64,000 bases of DNA from Squalus acanthias. Its lineage: Eukaryota. The stretch is from the NCBI GenBank assembly GCA_030390025.1, contig CM059432.1, positions 104,224,001 through 104,288,000 of the forward strand. Reading direction: 5' to 3'. The notes beneath the pieces were generated by a model, which had not been told where the DNA came from, made no database searches, and saw nothing but the letters and a program-made list of their open reading frames with translations. Position 1 is the stretch's first letter; every line of letters starts with the position of its first letter. Both the position numbers and the translations under genes were made by a program. Below, in pieces: positions 50,825 through 64,000 of this stretch.

Positions 50825-52629
50825 TCTATCCTTCCTGAAGTACTGTGTCCAAAACTGAACGCAGCGCTCCAGATGGGCTCTGACCAAGGATCTATACAAC
50901 TGAAGCATAACTTCCTCCCCTTTGTATTCCAGCCCCCTTGAGATAAAAAGCCAACATTCTATTAGCCTTTTTGATTGCTTTTTGTACCTGTTTAATGGCT
51001 TTTAATGAGTTGTGCACTTGGACTCCCAAATCTCTTTGCTCCTCTTCAGTTTGTCATTTCTCACCATTTAGAAAATACACTGGTTTATCTTTCGTGGGTC
51101 CAAAGTTGACTACCTCAGAGTTGCCCACATTGAACGCCATCTGCCATAGCTTTGCTACTCACATAATCTGTCTATGTTCCTTTGTAACTTCCCGCTGCCA
51201 TCTGCACTACTTACTGTCCTCGTTACTTAGTATCTGAAGTGGTCTAGGCAAGCTACTCAATTGTATTAAAACCTACAAAAAAAATGCAGCTGTTGAAGGC
51301 AGCGACGGCCCACCACCACCTTCTTAGGAGAACTAGGTATGGGCAATAAATGCCAGCCTTGCCAGTGATGCTCATATCTCAAGAATGAATAAAAAAGGCA
51401 ATAGTTTTGGACAAGCTTATGTTTACAGAGGGTGCAGGATGGTAGCGCCAGCCAGGAAAGCATTGGAATAGTCATGTCTGGAAGTTTCTGCAGCAGATTG
51501 GCTGACAAAGGCAATGTTACGGAGGTGACAGTCTTTGTGATGGGGATATGGGGTTGGGAGCTCAACTAAGGGTCGAACAGTACATCAAAATTGTAAACCG
51601 TCTGGTTCGGCCTGAGACAGTGGCCAGAGAGGGGGATGGAATTGGTGGCAACAGTATAGAGTTTGTAGCAAGGTCAAAGACAATGGCTGCGGACTTCCAA
51701 ATGTTTAACTGGATGAAATTGAGGCTCGTCCAAGACTGAATGTCAGACAAACAGTCTCAACACAGGACAATAAGGGGTAAAGAGCGGTGGCAGAGAGGTG
51801 TCAACAGCATACATGCGCAAGCTGACAAATGAACCCAACCTTCACTTGTGTGCCTCCTACTCGTCTGATTTAGAGGTAGTACTGCAACAGGCGCATCCAA
51901 TCTCCTGAACTAGGAAATGGATATGGTGATGGAGGAAAAAGAAAATTATATAAACTTTGTAATGGCACAGTGCATCTCGAACACATTAACAGCACAGTAT
52001 GTATGGAAATATACACGTATGATTTACCCTATCCAGATTGTTTTTGTGGCTGATTTTCTCCCTGCCATTTCTGAAGACATAGAATTTTGGTGGATACACC
52101 GACTGGAGCTGGCATCCTCTGCTCCCTTGTCCAAATGACCATAATCCTTGTGTGAGCCCAGACTGTTTAATGTTGGTAGGCTATTCAACCATCACAGTGG
52201 AGCCCATTCATGTCTTCACCCGATACCTACATGCAAGCACTTTCTAGCAGGGAACATTGGCTAACAACCAAGATCAGAAGTGGAAACCCTGCCTGATTTT
52301 AATTTCCCTAGCCGAGGAATGTTACAGCCAACTGTCACACCCCAACTGCTGCCTTGGCTAAGGTTGACTAATTGAGCACTGACCAGAAATCAAATGTGGA
52401 AATTGTGTTTGCTGCAGTGGGCAATATCTTTACTAACTAAGCCATCAAGCGAGGCGTCAAGAATCTCCCCTCCCTCTTCTCAAAGAGCAGCAATTTTATT
52501 TGTGACAGGAAGGCTGCTTTCACATACCTCCAAGCAACCAGATAAAGTATAATGCTGCCAAAAGCTTGACAATACCCCAGCCACCCAGAGAGCAAAAATG
52601 AGAGTATGGCAAAGAAACAATTTCCTTTC

Positions 52630-55600
52630 TTCAGAGGTTTTCAAGATGATGAGAGGTTTTGAGAGAGTAAGTCGGGAAAAAAATTTCCTCTAGCGAGTGG
52701 ATCAATAACTAGAGGTCATAGATTCAAAATCATTGGAGATGAGAAGTTTTTTTTCCACTCAAAGTTGTCGGGATCTGGAATGCTCGACCTGAAAAAGTGG
52801 TGGGAAGCTAATTCCATAAATAATTTTAAAAGAGAGTTGGACAGGTACTTGAGGATGAGGAACTTACAGGGCTATGGACAATAAGCGGGGTGGTGGGACT
52901 AAGCACGACTGCTCTTTCAAAGAGCCAGCACAGGCACGACAGGCCGAATGTGGGAAGTCCAGGATGCTACTCGTGTCCTGTTCAACCACATATGCAGGAA
53001 GTGTGTGTGGTCAGCTGGAGGAGCTCCAGCTCCAGCTTGCGGAGCATTTTGGTGGTAGTGATCACAATTCAGTTAGATTTAGGGTAGTTATGAAAAAGGA
53101 CAAAGTCAGACCAAGAGTAAAAATTCTCAATTGGGGAATGGCGAATTTTACTAAACTGAGATGTGATTTAGCAAAAGTGGACTGGAAACAGCTACTTGAA
53201 GGTAAATCAGTGTCAGAGCAGTGGGAGGCATTCAAGGAGGAGATAGTGAGGGTTCAGGGCAAATATGTTCCCACAAAGAAAAAGGGTGGGACTCTTCACA
53301 AAAGAGAGGGACATAAGAACATAAGAAATAGGAGCAGGAGTAGGCCATTTGGCCCTTCGAGCCTGCTCCGTCATTCAATAAGATCATGGCTGATGATCTA
53401 CCTCATCTCCACTTTCCTGCACTATCCTCATATCCCTTAATTCCCTTAATATTCAAAAATCTATCGATCTCTGTCTTGAATATAATCAACGACTGAGCCT
53501 CCACAGCCCTCTGGGAAGATTCACCACCCTCTGAGTGAAGAAATTTGTCCTCATCTCAGTCCTAAATGGCCGACCCCTTATTCTGAGACTGTGACCCCTG
53601 GTTCTAGACTCCCCAGCCAGGGAAAACATCCTCCCTGCATCTACCCTGTCAAGCCCTGCAAGGATTTTGTATGTTTCAATGAGATCACCTCTCATTCTTC
53701 TAAACTCGAGAGTATAGGCTCAATCTCTTCTCATAGGATAATCCCCCATCCCAGGAACCAGTCTGGTGAACCTTTGTTACACTCCCTCTATGGCAAGTAT
53801 ATCCTTCCTTAGGTAAGACGACCAAAACGGCACACAATACTCCAGGTGTGGTCTCATATATAATTGCAGTAAGACGTCTTTACTCTTGTACTCCAATCTT
53901 CTTGTAATAAAGGCCAACATACCATTTGCTTTCCTAATTTTTGCTGTACCTGCATGTTAACTTTCAGTGATTCGTGTACAAGGACACCCAGGTTCCTCTG
54001 AACACCAACATTTCCCAATCTCTCACCATTTAAAAAATACTTTGCTTTTCTATTTTTCCACCAAAGTGGATAACTTCACATTTCTCCACATACTCCATTT
54101 GCCATGTTCTTGCCCACTCACTTAGCCTGTCTACATCCCCTCGAAGCCTCCTTGCATCCTCCTCACAACTTACATTCCCACCCAGCTTTGTATCCTCAGC
54201 AAACTTGGATATATTACATTTGGTTCCCTCATCCAAATCATTGATGTAGATTGTGAATAGCTGAGGCCCAAGCATTGATCCTTGCGGTACCCCATTAGTT
54301 ACAGCCTGCCAACCCGAAAATGACCCGTTTATTCCTACTCTCTGTTTTCTGTCCGTTAACCAATCCTTAATACATGCTAGTATATTACCCCTAATCCCAT
54401 GAGCCCTAATTTTGTTTAATAACCTCTTGTGTGGCACTTTATCGAATGCCTTCTGAAAATCCAAATACTCCACATCCACTGGTTCCCGCTTATCTATTCT
54501 GCTAGTTACCACCTCAAAAAATTCTAACAGATTTGACTAACACGATTTCCCTTTCATAAATCCGTGTCGACTCTGCCCAATCCTATTATTATTTTCTAAG
54601 TGCCCTGTTACCACGTCCTTAATAATAGATTCTAGCATTTTCCCCACTACTGATGTCAGGTTAACTAGTCTGTAGTTCCCCATTTTCTCTCTCCCTCCTT
54701 TCTTAAATAGTGGGGTTACATTTGCTACCTTCCAATCCGCGGGAACCATTCTAGAATCTATGGAATTTTGGAAAATGACAGTCAATGCATCCACTATCTC
54801 TATAGCCACCTCTTTCAAAACCCTAGGATGTAGGCCACCTCTTTCAAAACCCTAGGATGTAGGCCATCAGATCCTGGGGATTTATAGGTTTTCAGACCCA
54901 TTAATTTCTTCAGTACGATTTTTTTTTTTTACAAATACTGCAGACATTGTAGTTAAGGAGGAAGAGTGTGAATAATTAGAAGAGATAAACAAAGTAAGAG
55001 AGGAAATATTAAGGGGTTTAGCATCTTTGAAAGTAGATAAATTGCCAGGCCCAGATGAAATGTATCCCAGGCTGTTAAGAGAAGCAAGGGAGGAAATAGC
55101 GGAGGCTCTGACTATCATTTTCCAATCCTCTCTGGCTGCAGGTGTGGTGCCAGAGGACTGCTAATGTTGCACCGTTGTTTAAATTTTGATTGAATTTTGA
55201 GGGGGTGACTAGGTGTGTGGATGAGGGTAGTGCAGTTGATGTAGTCTACATGGACTTCAGTAAGGCTTTAGACAAAGTCCACATGGGAGACTGGTCAAGA
55301 AGGTAAGAGCCCATGGGATCCAGGGCAATTTGGCACATTGGATCCAAAATTAGCTTAGTGGCAGGAGGCAGAGGGTGATGGTCGAAGGCTGTTTTTGTGA
55401 CTGGAAGCCTGTGTCCAGTGGTGTACCGCAGGGATCAGTGCTGTGTCCTTTGCTGTTTGTAGTGTACATTAATGATTTAGATATGAATGTAGGAGGTATG
55501 ATCAGTAAGTTCGCAGATGACACGAAAATTGGTGGAGTGGTAAATAGCGAGGAGGGAAGCCTCAGGCTACAGGACGATATAGACGGGTTGGTTAGATGGG

Positions 55601-57800
55601 CAAAACAGTGGCAAATGGAATTTAACCCTGAAAGGTGTGATGTGATGCATTTTGGGAGGACAAACAAAGCAAGGGAATACACAATGAATGGTAGGACCCT
55701 AGGAAGGACAGAGGATCAGAGGGACCTTGGTGTGCATGTACATAGATCCCTGAAGGCAGCAGGACAGGTAGATAAGGTGCTTAAAAAGGCATATGGGATA
55801 CTTGCCTTCATTAGCCGAGACATGGAATATAAGAGCAGAGAGGTTATGATGGAGCTGCACAAAACGCGAGTTAGGCCACAGCTGGAATACTGTGTGCAGT
55901 TCTGGTCGCCACACTATAGGAAGGATGTGATTGCATTGGAGAGGGTGCAGAGGAGATTCACCAGGATGTTACCTGGGCTGGAGCGCTTCAACTATGAAGA
56001 GAGACTGGACAGGCTGGGGTTGTTTTCCTTAGAGCAGAGAAGGCTGAGGGGGAACCTGATTGAGGTGTACAAAATTATGAGGGGCGTAGATAGAAAGGAA
56101 CTTTTCCCCTTAGTAGAGGGGTCAGTAACCAGGGGGCATAGTTTCAAGGTAAGGGGCAAGAGGTTTAGAGGGGATTTGAGGAAATACTTTTTCACCCAGA
56201 GGTGGTTGGAATCTGGAACTCACTGCCTGAAAGGATGGTAGAGGCAGGAACCCTCACAACATTCAAGAAGCATTTAGATGAGCACTTGAAACGCCATATC
56301 ATACAAGGCTACGGACCAAGTGCTGTAAAATGGGATTAGAATAGATAGGGCTTGATGGCCGGCGCGGACACGATGGGCTGAAGGGCCTCTTTCTGTGCTG
56401 TATAACTCTATGACTCTAAAAAGGGAGAAAGGGATAGACCAAGTAAGTACAGGCCAGTCAGCCTAACCTCAGTGGTGGGCAAATTATTGGAAAACATTCT
56501 GAGGGACAGTATTAATCGTCATTTAGAAAGGCATGGATTAATAAAGGACAGTCAACAAGGATTTGGTATGGGAAGGTCGTGTCTGACTAACTTGATTGAA
56601 TTTTATGAGGAGATAACAAGGAGGGTCAATGAGGTTAGTGTGTTTGATGGAGTCTACATGGATTTTAGCAAGGCTTTTGACAAGGTTCTGCATGGCAGAC
56701 TGGTCAGAAAAGTAAAAGCCCATGGGATCCAAGGGAAAATGGCAAGTTGGAAGTGGTAAGCAAAGGGTAATGGTCGACAGATGTTTTTGTGACTTGAAGG
56801 CGGTTTCTAGTGGGGTTCCGCAGGGCTCAGTGCTAGGCCCCTTGTTTTTTGTGGTATATATCAATGATTTAGACTTCAATGTAGGGGGCATGATTAAAAA
56901 GTTTGCAGGTGATACAAAATAGGTCGTGTGGTTGATCATGAGCAAGAAAGCTGTAGACTGCAGGAAGATATCAATGGACTGGTCAGGTGGGCAGAAAAGT
57001 GGCAAATGGCATTCAATCCGGAGAAGCGTGAGGTAATGCATTTGGGGAGGGCTAACAAGGCAAGGGAATACACAATAAATGTTAGGATACTGAGAAGTGT
57101 AGAGGAACAGAGGGACCTTGGCGTGTTTGTCCACAGATCCCTGAAGGTAGCAGGACAGGTAGATAAGGTGGTTAAGAAGGCATACAGGATACTTTCCTTT
57201 ATTAGCTGAGGCATAGAATATAAGAGCAGGGAGGTTATGCTTAAATTGTATAAACCACTAAGTTAGGCCACAGCTAGAGTACTGCGTACAGTTCTGGTCA
57301 CCACATTACAGGAAACATGTGATTGCACTAGAGAGGGTACAGAAGAGATTTACGAGGATGTTGCCAAGACTGGAGAATTTTAGCGACGAGGAAAAGATTG
57401 GATAAGTTGGGGTTGTTTTCTTTGGAACAGAGGAGGCTGAGGGGAGACTTAATTGAGGTGTATCAAATTATATGGGGCCTAGATAGAGTGGATAGGAAGG
57501 ACCTATTTCCCTTAGCAGAGAGATCAATAACTAGGGGGGCATAGATTTAAAGTAATTGGTAGAAGGATTAGAGGGAAGTTGAGGAGAACTTCTCACCCAG
57601 AGGGTGGTGGGGGTCTGGAACTCACTGCCTGAAAGGGTGGAAGAGGCAGAAACACTCGTCGTATTTAGTGCCGTAACCTACAAGGTTACGGACCAGGAGC
57701 TGGAAAGTGGGATTAGGCTGGATAGCTCTTTTTCGGCTGGCACAGACACGATGGGCCAAATGGCACCCTTCTGTGCTGTAAATTTCTATGATTCTATGAA
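52630..57800. mobile_element. Stack of CR1 ORF2 fragments in both orientations
   Basis: ORFs 53486-54818 (minus), 55375-56241 and 56472-57209 (plus) with RT motifs; several CR1 tails. Confidence 0.9.
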
Positions 57801-57809
57801 AAGATGTGA

Positions 57810-58700
57810 AACACCATCAAAAAATTGATTAAGAACAGAAGAGGAGTTGGATCTCAGAAACACCACTAAGAAACAGAAATGGATAACAAAGAAGTCCTAG
57901 AGTAGAGTGAAAAACGAAGAAAGCTTAAGGCAAGCATAAAAGAGGATCCTAATAAGAGGATCGAATACAACAGGCTAACCAAAGAAATAAAGCTAAAATC
58001 AAAGAGGTAAGAACTGGATAAACAACTAGTGCAAATAAGCAGAGATTACACCAAAATAAATGAAGCACGGGCTGGATTTGAAGATAAGAGAACTAAGTGA
58101 ATCTTACGAACTTAAAATGACTATAGTGAAAGACTAAAATGGTCAAATAATTCAAGACCGACAGGTAAAATGCAAGCTGCGGAAAGAATATTTTGACGGT
58201 CTATACAATGTACACAATATGGTGGATGAATCAATCTGAAGAACCCCCACCTGTACAAATGTAAGGGAGTTGATGCTAGATATCTTAGAAAACAAAGTAA
58301 AGATTTCTATTGGGTAATTTGAAAGAGAACAAGGCTCCTGGTATTGATAATATAACTGCATCATTGGTGCAGGCAGGTGAGGCACATACTGCGAAAGTGA
58401 TGCAAAGGCTGTTCAACAAAATTTGTGAAGAGTTAAGTACCCGAAGACCGATAGGCGATAATAATACCAATCTTCAAAAAAGAGACAAGAGCGAATGCTG
58501 TAATTACAGTGGAATCAGCTTACTGAGTATATCCAGAAAAGTATTTACTAAGACACTGCCGAGGAGAATGAAAAGCTATGTAGAAATGGTACTGCATGGC
58601 TTCAGATCACGACAAAGTACAATAGATCAACTTGAAGTGATTCATTTAATCCCCATCGTCACTGCTGAGCGGGAATTTAGTATCTATCACAAGATCCTAT
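57810..58700 (+). mobile_element. RTE-clade LINE fragment
   Basis: LKENKAPGIDNITA...DKSECCNYSGISLLS...HGFRSRQSTIDQL. Confidence 0.7.
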
Positions 58701-59192
58701 GATTTTTTTTTGCGAAAGATGTGAAAGTGCTCTTTTTAAAATTAAAAGCCTTCTGGTGTATTTCCTGAATAATGGACATATATAGATATAAAGAAACTCA
58801 TTAAGATTCTTTGAATGAGCTGGAATTTTTTTTTTTAAATGAGTAACAGACTACCGCTCATGCAGACAGAAACCCTTCCAAAGGTAAAGCAGGTGGCAAA
58901 ACTCGGGGAAAAAAAGTGTACAGGAGGCAATACAATTATTGTGCATGTGCTCTTTAAATGGAGCAATCTACTCAATCCAATTTCCCCACTCTCCCCTCCC
59001 CCAACTTTTTATACTCTTCTTTTCCAAATACTTATTAAATCTCTTTGAAATTATGTTATATTCTCTGCATTAATAGTCACTTATAGTAAAGCATTCCATT
59101 TTCCAATAACCCTCTCTGTGAAAAAAATGTCTTCCAACTTCCTCTCTGTACTTTCTGATAATCCTGAGTTTACACCCCCTTAGACTTACCAA

Positions 59193-61163
59193 TGTGAGAA
59201 GTCGCACAACACCAAGTTATAGTCCAACAGCTTTATTTGAAATCACATGCTTTCGGAGCACTGCTCTTTCGTCAGGTGAAGTGAAGAGATGCATATAGGC
59301 ACAGCATATATAGTCAGAGAACACTGCCAGATGATTACAGTTAATCTTTCTAACTGCCCTTTAACACACCTCGGCAGAGAGATAATCACAGCAATCAAAG
59401 GTGTGGATGGTGTCCAAACAGGTCAGTCAGGAAAACATTACATCAAAGACAATGAGGTGGGGTCAAATGTGGCAGATGCTGGGGTCTATATGGAAAACAA
59501 AAAACTTTTTTTGCTGGAAACCACAGCAGGTCCGGCCGCATCTGTGTAGAGAGAACAAGCCAACGACGACTCGAGTCTGGATGACTCTACGTCAGGTGGG
59601 GTTACATGTAGCGTGACATGAACCCAAGATCCCAGTTGAGGCCGTCCTCATGGGTGCGGAACTTGGCTATCAGTTTCTGCTCGACGATAACACGATATCA
59701 TCAACAAGTTCCATCCCACCATCAAACTCACCATGGACTACTCCTCAGAATCGGTTTCATTCTTGGACACACGAATCTCCATCAAAGACGGACACCTCAG
59801 CACTTCATTCTACCGCAAGCCCACGGACAACCTCACGATGCTCCACTTCTCCAGCTTCCACCCTAACCACGTTAAAGAAGCCATCCCCTATGGACAAGCC
59901 CTGCGAATACACAGGATCTGCTCAGACGAGGAGGAACGCGATGGACACCTACAGACGCTGAAAGACGCCCTCGTAAGAACGGGATATGACGCTCGACTCG
60001 TCGATCGACAGTTCCGACGGGCCACAGCGAAAAATCGCATAGACCTCCTCAGAAGACAAACACGGGACACAACCAACAGAGTACCCTACGTCGTCCAGTA
60101 CTTCCCCGGAGCGGAGAAACTACGCCATGTTCTTCGCAGCCTTCAACATGTCATCGATGACGACGAACACCTCGCTAAGGCCATCCCCACGCCTCCACTA
60201 CTCGCCTTCAAACAGCCGCCTAACCTCAAACAGACCATCGTTCGCAGCAAATTACCCAGCTTTCAGGAGAACAGCGACCACGACACCACACAACCCTGCC
60301 ACGGCAACCTCTGCAAGACATACCAGATCATCAACACAGATACCATCATCACACGTGAGGACACCACCCACCAGGTACATGGTACATACTCATGTGACTC
60401 GGCCAACGTTGTCTACCTCATACGTTGCAGGAAAGGAGGCCCCGGAGCATGGCACATCGGCGAGACCATGCAGACACTGCGACAACGTATGAACGGACAC
60501 CGCGCAACAATCGCCAGGCAGGAGTGTTCCCTCCCAGTCGGGGAACACTTCAGCAGTCAAGGACATTCAGCCTCCGATCTTCGGGTAAGCGTTCTCCAAG
60601 GCGGCCTTCGAGACACACGACAATGCAAAATCGTCGAGCAGAAACTGATAGCCAAGTTCCGCACCCATGAGGACGGCCTCAACCGGGTTCATGTCACGCT
60701 ACATGTAACCCCACCTGACGTAGAGTCATCCAGACTCGAGTCGTCGTTGGCTTGTTCTCTCTACACAGATGCTGCCGGACCAGCTGTGATTTCCAGCAAA
60801 AAAAGTTTTTTGTTTTCCATACACACCCCAGCATCTGCCACATTTCACCCCTTGTGACCCCACCTCATTGTCTTTGATGTAATGTTTTCCTGACTGACCT
60901 GTTTGGACACCATCCACACCTTTGATTGCCGCGATTATCTCTCTGCCGAGGTGTGATAAAGGGCAGTTAGAAAGATTAACTGTAATCATCTGGCAGTGTT
61001 CTGACTATATATGCTGTGCCTATATGCATCTCTTCACTTCACCTGACGAAGGAGCAGCGCTCCGAAAGCTTGTGATTTCAAATAAAGCTGTTGGACTATA
61101 ACCTGGTGTTGTGCGACTTCTCACATTTGTCCACCCCAGTCCAACACCGGCATCTCCACATCA
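59193..61163 (+). mobile_element. Penelope-like element: RT C-terminus plus GIY-YIG endonuclease, with inverted upstream pLTR
   Basis: ORF 59733-60857 (SFLD, YRKPTD, NVVYLIRC, HIGET, RMNGH, VGEHF); 59193-59690 is an inverted copy of the 3' end; 13-bp TSD TTAGACTTACCAA (59180-59192, 61164-61176). Confidence 0.93.
61043..61078 (+). ncRNA. Minimal hammerhead ribozyme core in the Penelope pLTR
   Basis: CTGACGA-A-GGAGC-AGC-GCTCC-GAAA-GCTTGTGA. Confidence 0.7.
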
Positions 61164-62914
61164 TTAGACTTACCAAGCAGTGGAAACAATCTTTTACTTT
61201 TTATCCTCTCAAAACCTTTTAAAATTTTGAAACCTCTATTAGAAGCCTCACTCTTGATTCCAGTAAAAGGCCCCAATTTTTCAAAATCTTTCATAACTGT
61301 AACTTAATTCCTGGTATCATTCTAGAGAAACTTCACGTGACCCTGTCCATTCCTGTAATATCCTCCCTATAATTGGGGGATGGACGCAGAACTGCATGTA
61401 ATACTCCAACTATGGCCTAACCAATATCTTGTGCAAATTAAACATCACTTCCTTGCCTCTATGTATCCAGAATCTCATTTGCCTTCGCGTTTATTTTTTA
61501 CTACCTGCATCCCTATATCGTTCATTCCTGCTGTTGGGGCTCTGCCATTTAGGATATAATTTCTTTCACTATTTTCCCCAAAATGGACAGCTTCAGTTTT
61601 CAGCATATAATTGCAACTGTCATCTATCTACACAAACTCCTAACCTGCCTACGTCCTCATGCAATCTTCCTCAGTTTTCCATGCCGCCTAAATTAGTATC
61701 AGCAAACTTCAATATCATGCCCCTGGAATCTATGTCCAAATCATTTATTTATAAGAAAAACAAAAAGTTCCAGGAGAGTTCCTTGGGGCACACCAGTCAT
61801 GATCAATCAAACCTCTACACTTAGTTTTCTATCTCCAGTCATCCATCTCTCTCGCTCCCTCTTCCTCACATATGGGTACATTCCCTTTAATACCACATTC
61901 CTTCATTTTTATAACAGGTCTCTCAGGCGGCATTTTATCAAATTTTGTCTGAAAATCCACTTCTACAACATATCCATCGATGATGTGAATTCCTTGAAAA
62001 ATGTTATTAACTTAGTCAAGCAAAAACTGTCCTTCAAAGTTGTCCAAGATTGGAGATCAAACCAATAGCCTGACTGCAGAGAAGCAGTGGAGGGATTCAT
62101 CGAGGTAGAGCTGGGTGACATCAGCATACAGATGGTTCTTAATTAGCTTGTGCCTTTTTAGTGTTCGATAATTTAATCTCGAATTATGGAATCTACAACC
62201 AAGGTAATAAGATCCAGTTTATAATTTACTGGCTTATCCCTTCCCCTTTCCTGAACATGGGTATAACATTTGCCATTCTCTAGTCCTTTGCTACAATTCC
62301 ACAGATTTTTGGAAAATGATGGTTAATTCCTCCACTATCTCCTCCAGTATTCTGGGATGCAAAGCATCAAGGCCTGGTGAGTTTTCTACTTTTAGCTTCA
62401 TTAACTTCTTTAAAAAAAATTTTAAAGCTCCCCATTCACCACGATACCGTTGCAGCTGTCAATTTTCTCAATCATCTTCAATGCCTTCACTACCAGTAAA
62501 AGTTCAGTTTTCCATTCCTGTTGTGCACCCATGGGCGCCCCCCCATCTCCGCTCTCTCAAGTACAAGGGGCAAACTTACCTGGCACACAACTGGTTAGCA
62601 ATCAAGCTGTACTGAGCCTCAGTCTCTCCTACCAAAACCAGCTGCAACTCTAGGGCAGTATTGTCCAATAGAAATCACTGCTTAGCCACAGACATGGCTA
62701 CCGTGGCACTGTTTTAGCCACATGCACTAATTTTAGTAGAAAACACCCCTTACACACAATACAGGTAAATGTACTTCATGTGTATGTATATCTAACAAAC
62801 CTATGTATATTTACTTAAACATCTAAAACCAGTCTCTTTCACCAAAGCTTGAAATTCTATCATGAATTTATCAAACAGCACATCTGAGTGCAGCAGTTGA
62901 GAGGAGCACTAAAA

Positions 62915-63270
62915 AAAAGATTGACATGCACTTATATAGTGCCTTTCATGATCTAAGGACGTCCTAAAGCGCTTCACAGCCAATGAAGTACTTGTGAAGT
63001 GCAGTCAGTTGTAATGTGGGAAATGCTGCAGACAATTTGCGCACAGCATGGTCCCACAAACAACAATGTGATAAATGACCACAAAGTCTGTTTTAGTGAT
63101 GTTGGTTGAGGGATAAATATTGGCCAGGACACTGGGGTGAACTCCCCAGCTCTTCAAATAGTACCATGAATCTCTCATGTCCATCTGAAAGGGCAACGGG
63201 ACCTCGGTTTAATGTCTCGTCCAAAAGATGGCACCTCCGACAGTGCAGCACTCCCTCAGTACTGCACTGA
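62915..63270 (-). mobile_element. Deu-domain SINE, 5' truncated
   Basis: Reverse complement of 41935-42285. Confidence 0.8.
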
Positions 63271-64000
63271 AACGTTATCAGAGTGGTTTTTGAGAACATC
63301 GACTCGCACACGACATTCCAGACACGCACCTACTCTCCATCCAGAACACTGTTAGGAGGCCACTAGGTCAATGAGGCAGCAAAAAGGTAGAGCCACATGT
63401 CATCAGCAAAGACAAGAAAGTTGTCGCCCCCCCCCCCCCCCCCCCCACCCACCCATGATTTTACCAAAGGGTAGCCTATAAATGAAAAGTAGACTAAGGA
63501 TGGAGCCCTATGTTACACCAGAGGTGATCGCGGGCATGGAAGGAGAAGCCCACACAGACAGAGGCAGTACGCCAGCAATACGGCACAGAAGAATGGAATA
63601 AAGAGCAGTGCCGTGGAGGTTGAATGTGAAGGAGAGATATACTGTACTAATTGAGAAATAGTCATGACCACTTAAATAAATATGATAAAAGAATAAAACA
63701 TTTGAGAATAAAACCTCCATGCACAAATCCGTTTTCTATCTATTGCAATGATAGATGTCCTTGTTAAATTAATAACTGTTAAATTAACAAAACGTTTAAA
63801 TGAATTGCAAAAGTCTGGATATATTCATTTAAGCATTGTACTTCCTCACTAAAGCCGATGTGTTAAGCCCTTTTTGATTAATGTGTTAAGCTCTTTTTAC
63901 AAATGTTTTTGCCTAGGTGTGAAAATTGCCCAGTAAGCAATTCAGTGTTTTTTTCATCTCATCAGGTGCTTGGGCTCACTTTCAGCAATCAATGTGACAA

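Noticed and set aside
49086..64000. rad21 non-coding first exon and promoter
   Set aside because: No convincing CpG-island promoter outside repeats; probably beyond the right edge.

Overview
Vertebrate genomic DNA, very probably from a shark, judged from HE1/V-SINE, Deu-domain SINE, CR1, L2 and Penelope repeat families. The only intact host gene is rad21 (cohesin kleisin) on the minus strand. All 13 coding exons can be traced with GT-AG boundaries from 49051 down to 21322 (1899 nt, 632 aa). The first ~10.7 kb, downstream of rad21, is a stack of viral fossils. (1) A decayed ~3.1 kb minus-strand reading frame carries RdRp motifs B, C (SSDD), D and E spaced as in the L protein of segmented negative-strand RNA viruses (Bunyaviricetes-like endogenous viral element). 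It is cut off by an LTR-like sequence. (2) A minus-strand retroelement has a retrovirus-type RNase H and integrase (lokiretrovirus/NYNRIN-like). (3) An internally deleted foamy-virus-like provirus (two ~1.13 kb LTRs, 4-bp CTAT TSD) is inserted exactly inside the integrase of (2). Other notable items: a Tigger/pogo-like TIR element carrying a captured BAZ1A PHD-finger exon with its splice donor; a LINE with a tRNA-like head whose internal-deletion derivative is an LF-SINE-like SINE; and Penelope elements with hammerhead ribozyme cores, two of them inserted at the same 12-bp target. All assignments come from reading the sequence by eye; no searches were run.
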